From Minisyncoccia bacterium (lineage in GTDB: Bacteria; Patescibacteriota; Minisyncoccia; Phycocordibacterales; Zambryskibacteraceae), in assembly GCA_049304335.1 (NCBI GenBank), contig JBAQOA010000014.1:1-53405 (forward strand): DNA of 53,405 nt. The letters run 5' to 3'. Each line of letters opens with the position of its first letter. Position 1 is the first letter of the stretch. The notes below the pieces were generated by a model that worked only from the letters and a program-made list of their open reading frames with translations, did not search any database and was not told where the DNA came from. Positions 1 through 7,486 of this stretch are shown here, piece by piece. A program made the position numbers and the translations under genes.

Positions 1-46
1 CAATTGCTATGTATGAAGTATGGAAACACCTTTACGATTTAAAGAA

Positions 47-739
47 TTAATTCGCTAACAGGGATTGTATTTGGATTTTTAGAGAAACGAGTGGTACGGC
101 TCCCTTTACTGGAATTTTTTGTCCATTTGGTCCAATTATTATTGAATAAGGTGTACCATCAGCTCCCGCAGCAACTCCATCTTGATAGTCTGATTCAACC
201 TTTGCTGCAGTTTTTCCACTAGTTAGACAAGTTGTGAATTCGGTTTTTGAAAGTCCGACACTTTGTGCAAGATCTGGAAGTATTGATGTATCAAGTGTGT
301 CATTAGAAGTGGCAATACTATAAAGTTTGTCAGTTAATCTCCAAAAAGCATCATTACCGCCAACCACTGAAGCGCACTCAAGTGCTTGTGCCTCGTATCT
401 TGCTCTGCTGTGCAAACTGTCTATAGGGAAGTGTCTGTACACCCAAGCGATTTTTCCATTGAAGGCTTTATCTGCCATTAGTGAAAGCATTGTTGTGTGA
501 AATATTTTGCAAAATGGACATTCAGGATCAGAGTATTCAATGACGATTACTTTTGCATCTCTGGGTCCGACAATGTGGTCGTCAGGTTGAAGTGTTTTTA
601 CTACTGCCTGTTTTTCTTGCACTTGTTCAGGAGCTTTTACGATATTTCCTTTTGTAGGAAGTTTTGATAAATAAACTCCGGCACCAATAAATATTCCTGC
701 AATTATAATTGAGCCCGCTAATACTAATGTGTTTTTCAT
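47..739 (-). CDS. membrane-anchored DsbA-like thiol:disulfide oxidoreductase
   Basis: Track ORF 47..784 trimmed to ATG 737-739 (MKNTLVLAGSIII.., a TM helix). Thioredoxin CxxC motif CPFC lies in SDPECPFCKIF. The first 15 track codons are read-through of the repeat element. Confidence 0.8.
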   Translation of the reverse strand: MKNTLVLAGSIIIAGIFIGAGVYLSKLPTKGNIVKAPEQVQEKQAVVKTLQPDDHIVGPRDAKVIVIEYSDPECPFCKIFHTTMLSLMADKAFNGKIAWVYRHFPIDSLHSRARYEAQALECASVVGGNDAFWRLTDKLYSIATSNDTLDTSILPDLAQSVGLSKTEFTTCLTSGKTAAKVESDYQDGVAAGADGTPYSIIIGPNGQKIPVKGAVPLVSLKIQIQSLLAN

Positions 740-874
740 CCTGATAGTGAAAAATGGCATTGCTCTATTCGAGCAGATTGCCAAGATTAATTATTATTTT
801 TAATAACCTTCGACTTCCCATTTTATTTAATTCTCACGCAGTTGCTCGATGCCATTTTCTACTACGGGATTCAT
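740..874 (-). repeat. copy A of a ~130-nt hairpin-ended element abutting a start codon (ATGAA...ATGAA)
   Basis: The reverse complement reads ATGAATCCCGTAGTAGAAAATGGCATCGAGCAAC..GTCGAA..GCTCGAATAGAGCAATGCCATTTTTCACTATCAGG and then runs into ATG 739-737. The ends are near-identical to the copies at 16756 and 44248. Confidence 0.85.
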
Positions 875-881
875 GTAGCGG

Positions 882-890
882 ATTATAACA
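882..890 (-). promoter_or_regulatory. extended -10 box TGTTATAAT, 7 nt upstream of the left ATG of repeat copy A
   Basis: The reverse complement of attataaca is TGTTATAAT. The -10/N6-8/start geometry matches many other genes in the window. Confidence 0.55.
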
Positions 891-898
891 AAAAAGAG

Positions 899-926
899 AG
901 CGCGCCGACTAATCAGTCGGCGCGCT
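899..926 (-). terminator. GC-rich hairpin terminator
   Basis: AGCGCGCCGACT aatc AGTCGGCGCGCT forms a 12-bp perfect stem. On the minus strand it is followed by CTCTCTTTTTT. Confidence 0.7.
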
Positions 927-1134
927 GCTGCTTTTACTCACCTTATTGCCATGAAGCGTGGAGGCTCAAGGGAGCTCCACAAGACTTGGGTGAGACCACC
1001 CAAGATGGCATAGAAGGTGATGAGTAGGATGACAAGTGAAGCTCTCACAGCATGCTGTTTGATGCTCAGACTGCCCCCTTTTGTTCGTCTTTGGCAATAA
1101 TAACATGTCGTTTATTTCTTGCTATATGTGCAAA

Positions 1135-1710
1135 TTACCAAGGCATTGCGTGGGTTAATTTTGCCTCCACCATATCCTCCCACTCAGAAACATCCAAATT
1201 AAGTTGATAGGTGCTTGATCCATCTGGTATCAAAACTTTTTTATTTTCTTTCATATAGTTATACAAATCGCGAGTGATTGAGACGTCTTTCAAACAGTAT
1301 TCAACAATTTTATCTATCTCGCCGTTTTTCCACCAAGTTATAGCATCTAATCCGTGACCGCCTTTTGATACTCCCAATGTGGCAGAAGCTACATCTTGTA
1401 ATTTAATGCGCCTACCCAGAGTCTTTTGAATAGTTTTCATTAAATCAATCGATTTAATTTTTGTTAAATCTCCCGGATAGTATTTGTTTAATAGGGGAAT
1501 GTCGAAGTGGTCAGAGTTATAACCAATTAGTGAGTCAGCATTTTCAATATATGGCCATAAATCTTTCAACTCATGCTCTTGAAAAGATTTTAAAGTATTT
1601 GTCGCAAAGTCGTATATTCCAACAATGGATATATCTAATTTGGCAGGATCATTTTCTCCAACATCAAAAAAAGTATTTTTTGTTTCTATGTCAAAAACTA
1701 GAGGTGCCAT
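1135..1710 (-). CDS. DEDD-type 3'-5' exonuclease (RNase H-like fold)
   Basis: Motifs FDIET (Exo I), YNSDHFD (Exo II) and YCLKDV (Exo III). A TGCTATAAT -10 box (1727-1719) ends 8 nt upstream of the ATG. Confidence 0.65.
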   Translation of the reverse strand: MAPLVFDIETKNTFFDVGENDPAKLDISIVGIYDFATNTLKSFQEHELKDLWPYIENADSLIGYNSDHFDIPLLNKYYPGDLTKIKSIDLMKTIQKTLGRRIKLQDVASATLGVSKGGHGLDAITWWKNGEIDKIVEYCLKDVSITRDLYNYMKENKKVLIPDGSSTYQLNLDVSEWEDMVEAKLTHAMPW

Positions 1711-1739
1711 GGAGAATTATTATAGCAAAACAGGCGCGC

Positions 1740-1768
1740 GATAGAATCGCGCGCCTGTCAGTTTCAAC
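1740..1768 (-). terminator. GC-rich hairpin terminator of the GC-rich Nudix-like island
   Basis: ACAGGCGCGCGAT aga ATCGCGCGCCTGT forms a 13-bp stem. On the minus strand it is followed by TTTTG. Confidence 0.7.
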
Positions 1769-1774
1769 CTTCGG

Positions 1775-2407
1775 CTACACCATGTGCGCCGAAATGTACT
1801 CCGACACCAGCTTGACATCCTCTTCAGAAACCTGCGCCTCCACGTACTGTGACATGGAAGCGGCGTAGTGCATGGCCATGCCCCTGTCTCCACAGAGACG
1901 AGCGACAGAGGCCAGCACCGCAGTTTCGTGGGCCCGAACTCGGCCGATACTGTTCATCAGCCGGAGGAGCTTCGAGAGCTCGTTGTACACGGGAAGCCCG
2001 TGCACTTCGAGACCGCGAGGTCCCTGTTCGCTGTAGATCACCGTCCGAAGCTCCCCCGTGAAATTTACGAGGAAGAACGTCTTCAGGTGCAGGTCTTCGG
2101 GATTGTTGCTCTTTTCATCGCGCCCAAGCACGTAGTACACGGGCGAGATGCTTCCCGAATTCTGCTCCACGAATGAGAACGTGAACGAGGTGTCTTCAGC
2201 AATGATTTCCTCGCTGAAGGCCCTTCCGGCGGTTGCGGTGATGCTTTCACCGTTTTCGCCAGTCTCCATCGGTACACGCCACGAAGCCCACGGCCGTTGG
2301 CCGTTGGCTTCGATGGTGTACGGAAAAGAGAGGATCTCACGATCCAGTCCCTCGCCATCCTGAATGGCGAGGATACCTACGGAATGTCCAGTGATACGGC
2401 GGGCCAT
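1775..2407 (-). CDS. GC-rich Nudix-fold protein with a degenerate Nudix box and a helical C-terminal half
   Basis: WRVPMETGENGESITATAGRAFSEEI aligns to W..PGG..E.GES...AA.RE..EE, but RE is replaced by RA and the trailing G is lost. AGGAGG lies 4 nt before the ATG. The composition is GC-rich. Confidence 0.55.
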   Translation of the reverse strand: MARRITGHSVGILAIQDGEGLDREILSFPYTIEANGQRPWASWRVPMETGENGESITATAGRAFSEEIIAEDTSFTFSFVEQNSGSISPVYYVLGRDEKSNNPEDLHLKTFFLVNFTGELRTVIYSEQGPRGLEVHGLPVYNELSKLLRLMNSIGRVRAHETAVLASVARLCGDRGMAMHYAASMSQYVEAQVSEEDVKLVSEYISAHMV

Positions 2408-2552
2408 AAGCCCTCCTGTATGGTTGATTGTTACAGAGCTGGAGTGTCCGCAGGTTGCGGGTCGCTCTGTGATTATATTAGCACACTAAAGGTGAAAAGT
2501 CAAATGTTTAAAATATGGCTAAATGCTTGGCCTTTTGGTGTAAAATTAATTT

Positions 2553-2774
2553 GTGGTAAAAAGCATACCAAGTCTACCAACGGAATTAATTTCCAGTGGT
2601 TTGCATAGTTTGTTTTGGCTTTTTGTAATTATCTACTTTACAGTCAGCGCTGTTCTTATATATCACTGGCAAAAATACGGCGGAAAGGTGAGAAGAATAT
2701 TTATCGCGGAAACTGTTTTCATTGTAGGCTCTGTGATACTTCTATTAACTGCATTTTTATTTATACCAAGATAA
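2553..2774 (+). CDS. small two-TM membrane protein
   Basis: The GTG start lies 6 nt after TAAAAT (2541-2546). There are two hydrophobic helices. The stop overlaps the next start (TAATG). Confidence 0.5.
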   Translation: MVKSIPSLPTELISSGLHSLFWLFVIIYFTVSAVLIYHWQKYGGKVRRIFIAETVFIVGSVILLLTAFLFIPR

Positions 2775-3367
2775 TGTTAAATCTAGATACAAATGAACAT
2801 GTGCTACTCGAAGTGCGGAAGCATTGGTTTGTTCTAACACCTGTCATGACGATACTTTTTGTTTTAGCTTTTGCGCCCCTTATATTTTCCTCTGCATTTA
2901 TTTATTTTGTGCCAGTTAGTATTAGCAAGATAAGTGGAGTGTCAGCTGGTACTTTTTTCTATGCATTGTGGCTTTTATGTTTGTGGATATATTTTTTTAT
3001 AAATTGGACTAATTATTATTTGGATGTTTGGTTTATCACAGAAAAAAGAATTATTTCGATAGACCAAGTAAGTATTTTCCATAGAAAGATATCAAATTTG
3101 GGTTTGGATAAAATTCAAGATGTTTCTATAGAACAAAAAGGTATTATGCAATCCACAATGAAGTTTGGTGACATTTTAGTAAAAACTGCAGCCGAAGGTG
3201 ACACCGGATTTTATTTGAAAGATGCAGACAATCCAGACCGAGTGAGAGAAATTATTTTTTCTCATCATGTTTATGAGCACGAAAAAGCAAAGCCTGTAGT
3301 TGTGGTAGATAAGCCATCTGAATATCCAAAAAACGTAGGCTCTGATTTTGATTCCGGCATTTTGTGA
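2774..3367 (+). CDS. membrane protein with a bacterial PH (bPH, YdbS/YdbT-like) domain
   Basis: Track ORF trimmed to ATG 2774 (MLNLDTNEHVLLEVRKHWF..). Two TM helices are followed by ITEKRIISIDQ...FGDILVKTA, a typical bPH pattern. Confidence 0.6.
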   Translation: MLNLDTNEHVLLEVRKHWFVLTPVMTILFVLAFAPLIFSSAFIYFVPVSISKISGVSAGTFFYALWLLCLWIYFFINWTNYYLDVWFITEKRIISIDQVSIFHRKISNLGLDKIQDVSIEQKGIMQSTMKFGDILVKTAAEGDTGFYLKDADNPDRVREIIFSHHVYEHEKAKPVVVVDKPSEYPKNVGSDFDSGIL

Positions 3368-3981
3368 TTTTACTTATAGATAAGCCGACAGGCATTACGT
3401 CATATGACGTAATTAGAAAGTTAAAACTGGTGTATCCAAAACAAAAAATTGGACATGCAGGAACATTAGACCCAAATGCGTCAGGTCTTTTGATTGTCGG
3501 AGTAGGGGATGACACCAAGAAATTGGCTCAATTTTTGAAATTAGACAAAGAATATGATGCCGTGGTAGAGCTTGGTATTAAAACTGACACTGGTGATATA
3601 GATGGAAAAATTATTCAAGAAATGGCTGTGCCAGAGATAAACGAAGGTCAAATAAGCAAAGTACTCGAACACTTATTGGGCGAGAATGAGTATGACCTGC
3701 CTGTGTATTCAGCCATAAAAAGTGGAGGGGAGCCTTTATACAAAAAAGTTAGGAGAGGCGAAAAGGTGGTTGCTCCTAAAAGGAAAATGATAGTTTATTC
3801 TGCAAAACTTATTAAATACAAAAAGCCGTACATAAAAATAAAATTCTTTGTTGGAAGCGGGACATATATAAGGTCTTTAGCAGAAGTTATAGGGCAAAAA
3901 TTAAATACTGTGGCTACTCTAAAAAATTTGCGAAGAACTAAAATCGGGGACTATGTTGTTGAGAAAGCTAGTGTAATTTAA
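3364..3981 (+). CDS. truB: tRNA pseudouridine(55) synthase
   Basis: LIDKPTGITSYDV and HAGTLDPNASGLL (catalytic Asp motif). The GTG start overlaps the upstream stop. Confidence 0.85.
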   Translation: MILLIDKPTGITSYDVIRKLKLVYPKQKIGHAGTLDPNASGLLIVGVGDDTKKLAQFLKLDKEYDAVVELGIKTDTGDIDGKIIQEMAVPEINEGQISKVLEHLLGENEYDLPVYSAIKSGGEPLYKKVRRGEKVVAPKRKMIVYSAKLIKYKKPYIKIKFFVGSGTYIRSLAEVIGQKLNTVATLKNLRRTKIGDYVVEKASVI

Positions 3982-4847
3982 TTCTGGTCGAAAAAATTAA
4001 CGAGGTAGTTGTTTATTACCCTTTGGTCTAAGTCGTAAAAATTCTTTTTGTTGTCGTGAAGGTAAGTAGCCAATTTAATTCCCACAAACCGCCAGTGCCA
4101 TGGCTCAAATTGGTAATAAGCATTATTGGCAGGGTATGAAATTATGAATCCGTACTTATAAGCATTTTCAATCAGCCACTTGTATGCAGATGTTTTACTA
4201 AATGAGGACAAGGTTGCGCCCACTGTTGGGGTGGTCAAATCTGTTGCAGTGCCGAGCTGGTGTTCTGAATAGCCTTGGTCAGCAGAAAACTGATTGGCTG
4301 TGCCTGCGCCATATGTGACTTTGTAAATAGATTTCAAACTTGTCTGCGACTCAAATGATCTGTAAGCAGAAAGCACCACAATATCGATTTTAGAGTTTTT
4401 AGCGTCATTAATCATGTTTTCTAGAAAAGGCAAAACTTTTTTATGAAAATATTCTTCTTTTTTATTGTATGTATATTTTGGGTCAATTAAGGTGATTTCT
4501 TTCGGGATATAATTTTCGTTCAAGAAAAAAACTTTTGAATATTTTTGCAAAAGTTGAGTGTCCGTATTGTTGATTTTCGCGTAATCAATAACAGTGCTTG
4601 TAATACTTGCGATTTGGCCAGCAAACGAGTCACTTATGTTTTGAAACTGACTTAGCTCTAGTATTAGGCTTTCGTTTTGGGCTTTTGTTGATGCAATGCT
4701 ATCGTTAAGCTTCTCAATTTGTTGGGATGAATTTTCTAGATTCTTCGACAGTAAGTAGTACTTATAGGCCCCAAAACCTATTATTAAAAGGGAGACTATA
4801 GCAACTGATGATATCAGGGGAGTATTTTTAAGTAATTTTTCCAACAA
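3978..4847 (-). CDS. membrane-anchored M15 (VanY-like) D-alanyl-D-alanine carboxypeptidase
   Basis: SAYRSFESQ, SEHQLGTATDL and EPWHWRF zinc-peptidase motifs. The N-terminus has a TM helix plus a coiled coil. Confidence 0.7.
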   Translation of the reverse strand: MLEKLLKNTPLISSVAIVSLLIIGFGAYKYYLLSKNLENSSQQIEKLNDSIASTKAQNESLILELSQFQNISDSFAGQIASITSTVIDYAKINNTDTQLLQKYSKVFFLNENYIPKEITLIDPKYTYNKKEEYFHKKVLPFLENMINDAKNSKIDIVVLSAYRSFESQTSLKSIYKVTYGAGTANQFSADQGYSEHQLGTATDLTTPTVGATLSSFSKTSAYKWLIENAYKYGFIISYPANNAYYQFEPWHWRFVGIKLATYLHDNKKNFYDLDQRVINNYLVNFFDQN

Positions 4848-4908
4848 TTTATCTTAGCATATTAAAAAATTGCTCCATATAAAGTAAGTGTTTGACTTAT
4901 TTAAGTAT

Positions 4909-4936
4909 TTGACAAAAACAATGCACTTGTTATCAT
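4909..4936 (+). promoter_or_regulatory. promoter TTGACA-16-TGtTATCAT ending 6 nt before ATG 4943
   Basis: TTGACA at 4909-4914 and TATCAT at 4931-4936, with TG at 4928-4929. Confidence 0.6.
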
Positions 4937-4942
4937 TCAAAT

Positions 4943-5215
4943 ATGCATTTGAACGATATAGCGAAGTTGATGCGAACAGCAGGGGATGAAAGCAGGCTAA
5001 AAATACTGTGTGTTATTTTCGGAAAACAAAATGCATGCGTATCAGATATTGCTGGAGAATTAGGTATGAGCGTGGCAATTGTGTCACACCACTTAAAAGT
5101 TATGTCTAAGGAAGGATTAGTAGTGCCAATTCGAGACGGCAAACGTATCTGCTACGACCTTACAAAGGGTAAGATTGTTAAAGACTTAAAAAAATTTATT
5201 TGTAAGTATAAATAA
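4943..5215 (+). CDS. ArsR/SmtB-family transcriptional regulator
   Basis: Winged HTH VSDIAGELGMSVAIVSHHLKVMSKEGLV. The 90-aa protein carries four Cys. Confidence 0.75.
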   Translation: MHLNDIAKLMRTAGDESRLKILCVIFGKQNACVSDIAGELGMSVAIVSHHLKVMSKEGLVVPIRDGKRICYDLTKGKIVKDLKKFICKYK

Positions 5216-5248
5216 AATTTTAATCATTAATTTACTAAAGCAACAAAT

Positions 5249-5494
5249 ATGAACACCAAGAACCATAAAGTTATTGTTTACTCGACGCCAACGTGTCCAT
5301 ACTGCGCCTATGCAAAAGATTTCTTTAAACAGCACAGTATCGCATTTGAGGACGTAGACGTTACAAAGGATATGTCAAAGGCACAGGAGATGATAGAAAA
5401 AAGTGGCCAAATGGGCGTACCAGTAATCGACATAGACGGAAACATCTTAGTCGGTTTTCAGCCTGAAGAGTTTGAGAGATTATTACAAATATAA
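5249..5494 (+). CDS. glutaredoxin/NrdH-like small redoxin
   Basis: 81 aa with CPYC in VYSTPTCPYCAYAK and GVPVIDIDG. Confidence 0.75.
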   Translation: MNTKNHKVIVYSTPTCPYCAYAKDFFKQHSIAFEDVDVTKDMSKAQEMIEKSGQMGVPVIDIDGNILVGFQPEEFERLLQI

Positions 5495-5511
5495 GCATAT
5501 ATAGTTAAAAA

Positions 5512-5901
5512 ATGACAAAGTATTTATATATAGGAATAGGGTTAGTTGCGATAATAACAGTATCTTTTATTTTCTATAAACCAAGCGTAGGAGGGCTTTT
5601 AAGCTCAGCTGATTTTATACAAAAGTATAAAGCTACACCAAATGCAGTACTGATAGATGTGCGCACGCCAGCAGAATTTAATTCCGGGCACATTTCCACT
5701 GCCATTAACATTGATTACGATAATCAAAGCTTGTTTAAAGAAGAAATCAAGAAGCTAGATCCCGCAAAAACATATTTTGTTTATTGCAGGTCTGGGAATA
5801 GATCATCTGGTGCAGTTGCACAAATGAAGAACGCTTCTATCCGCAATATATACGAACTCCAAAACGGTCTGGCTTCAGCTCCAGAATTATTGAATTATTA
5901 G
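5512..5901 (+). CDS. membrane-anchored single-domain rhodanese sulfurtransferase
   Basis: N-terminal TM helix. LIDVRTPAEF..GHI and the active-site loop CRSGNRS. Confidence 0.75.
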   Translation: MTKYLYIGIGLVAIITVSFIFYKPSVGGLLSSADFIQKYKATPNAVLIDVRTPAEFNSGHISTAINIDYDNQSLFKEEIKKLDPAKTYFVYCRSGNRSSGAVAQMKNASIRNIYELQNGLASAPELLNY

Positions 5902-5923
5902 TAGGCCATAATCTTTAGGTTTT

Positions 5924-6295
5924 TTATAGCAACCAGAAAAGGTAAACGCCAACTAATATAGCTAATACTCCATAAATATTGAAGAAACGTTTATTGTTTT
6001 GAATAGTCATTTCACTTAGTATTTTTGGAGCAAAGATATAAACCAGCCCCTTCAACAATGTTATCCAGACGAAGGCTGTAACGATTGTTTTCCAGGTACC
6101 ATCCCAAATGTTGTACTGAATAAGATACATTGAGGATAGAAACAACAGGATGACTCCTGTTAAGTAGCACACCGCTGGGTGGTCAAAGAAATCCTTTAAT
6201 AAGTATGGAATAGTTTTACCTTTAAAAATTAAAAATACTCCAGCTACCAATAAATAAACGCCAAATATCTTTGAAACTAAAAGTGTTACATCCAT
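5924..6295 (-). CDS. hypothetical four-TM membrane protein
   Basis: 123-aa ORF that is almost entirely hydrophobic helices. No motif recognised. Confidence 0.5.
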   Translation of the reverse strand: MDVTLLVSKIFGVYLLVAGVFLIFKGKTIPYLLKDFFDHPAVCYLTGVILLFLSSMYLIQYNIWDGTWKTIVTAFVWITLLKGLVYIFAPKILSEMTIQNNKRFFNIYGVLAILVGVYLFWLL

Positions 6296-6361
6296 ATGTT
6301 TAATTTAAATTAACTATACGTATATTGTACTCCCATTGTGTCCTATGGTTTGACAAAAGAA

Positions 6362-6395
6362 GACCGCCCATAAGGGAAGTCTCCCTTGGGCGGTC
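6362..6395 (-). terminator. GC-rich hairpin terminator of the Nudix island
   Basis: GACCGCCCA..GGGAagtcTCCC..TGGGCGGTC overlaps the stop codon. On the minus strand it is followed by TTCTTTTG. Confidence 0.6.
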
Positions 6396-6831
6396 AAACC
6401 AAATGTCGTTCCATGACGATAGCTGCTTTCCTGACTTCGTAGGTGAGATCGAAATGAAAGAGTTCGTTGTAGCTCACCCAGGCGTAATCAGAGTGTTCTT
6501 CGCTCATACTGAGCTGACCACCAGCAACCTTAGTGATACCGAAGATTGCTACGTATGGGAGGCCGGTATATGGACCCTCTCCGATGACGTAGCTTTCTAC
6601 GAAAGCCATACGCTCTACCTGATCTACCAACAGACCAGTTTCTTCCAACACTTCACGTTCCTGGGCGTGTGTTAGGTCTTGCCCAGAATCAAGTTTTCCG
6701 CCAGGCACCTCCCACTTGTTTGGCGCGTACCTGTCATGCGGTGAACGCTTGATTATGAGGAGCTTGTTGTCGTCTCTCTTTACAAAGCTCCTATTCACAA
6801 GGACAACTCGCGGACGTGTTTCTGTCGACAT
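6394..6831 (-). CDS. GC-rich Nudix hydrolase
   Basis: Nudix box GGKLDSGQDLTHAQEREVLEETGL (REUxEExGU intact). A G-run SD-like element lies 5 nt upstream of the ATG. Confidence 0.8.
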   Translation of the reverse strand: MSTETRPRVVLVNRSFVKRDDNKLLIIKRSPHDRYAPNKWEVPGGKLDSGQDLTHAQEREVLEETGLLVDQVERMAFVESYVIGEGPYTGLPYVAIFGITKVAGGQLSMSEEHSDYAWVSYNELFHFDLTYEVRKAAIVMERHLV

Positions 6832-6936
6832 GGTGACCCCCCCAGCGATTTCTTGGTTTTGTTCAAATCTATAATAATTAAATCACACATAGTGATATAG
6901 TCAAATCAACCCAGAGAATGTTACTGCAGCACGAAC

Positions 6937-7161
6937 TTAAAGCCCCCTGCTTTTTTTATAGTCAGATAAATTTTGCCCATTAGGTAGTATCACCTGATTT
7001 TCTGGTAATGAGCTTTCGGGGGTTTTGTCTAACTTTTCCATCACTTCAGGACTTAGTCCTTCGCTATATCTGGGCGTCTTTAATTGCCTATATACGCCAT
7101 AAAATACGACCCCGCAAATAATTATTACTATTATTAATATATTTTTTTTACTAAAAATCAT
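6937..7161 (-). CDS. small N-terminally anchored hypothetical protein
   Basis: 74-aa ORF with one TM helix (ILIIVIIICGVVFYGVY). Confidence 0.4.
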   Translation of the reverse strand: MIFSKKNILIIVIIICGVVFYGVYRQLKTPRYSEGLSPEVMEKLDKTPESSLPENQVILPNGQNLSDYKKSRGL

Positions 7162-7171
7162 ATTTATTCTG

Positions 7172-7243
7172 CTCCCCGGGTAGGATTCGAACCTACGACC
7201 AATCGCTTAACAGGCGACTGCGCTACCGCTGCGCCACCGGGGA
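7172..7243 (-). tRNA. tRNA-Asn (anticodon GUU)
   Basis: Hand-folded cloverleaf: acceptor TCCCCGG/CCGGGGA, D arm GCGC-AGCGGTA-GCGC, anticodon stem GTCGC/GCGAT with loop CTGTTAA, T arm GTAGG-TTCGAAT-CCTAC. No encoded CCA. Confidence 0.9.
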
Positions 7244-7246
7244 ATA

Positions 7247-7483
7247 TTAAATTATTTTCTTTATAAACCTTCTTCCAGCCGCACTCTTTAGGTATCTTTC
7301 CCTAGAGCGGGCTAATGAAAGTTCTAAGAATTCTTCCTTATACACCACAACCCACGGCGCGTAGCGTCTTGTATAGGTATTTTTTCCTGAATTGTGCTCA
7401 ATTATCCGTCGTTCGATATCAGTTGTACTTCCGACATAGAATTTTGATAACTTCTTGCTTTTCAGAATATATACATATGCCAT
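7247..7483 (-). CDS. small GIY-YIG nuclease-domain protein
   Basis: VYILKS..FYVGST..ERRIIEHN matches the GIY-YIG core. The stop codon lies 3 nt from the tRNA-Asn 5' end. Confidence 0.8.
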   Translation of the reverse strand: MAYVYILKSKKLSKFYVGSTTDIERRIIEHNSGKNTYTRRYAPWVVVYKEEFLELSLARSRERYLKSAAGRRFIKKII

Positions 7484-7486
7484 AGA

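Noticed and set aside
842-1100. 61-aa plus-strand ORF (842-1027), and a possible 36-aa minus-strand TM peptide (VRASLVILLITFYAILGGLTQVLW..) between the exonuclease gene and the hairpin at 899-926.
   Set aside because: The plus ORF is read-through of the repeat element arm. The minus peptide has only a GTG start, with no promoter or SD geometry. This is too weak to call.
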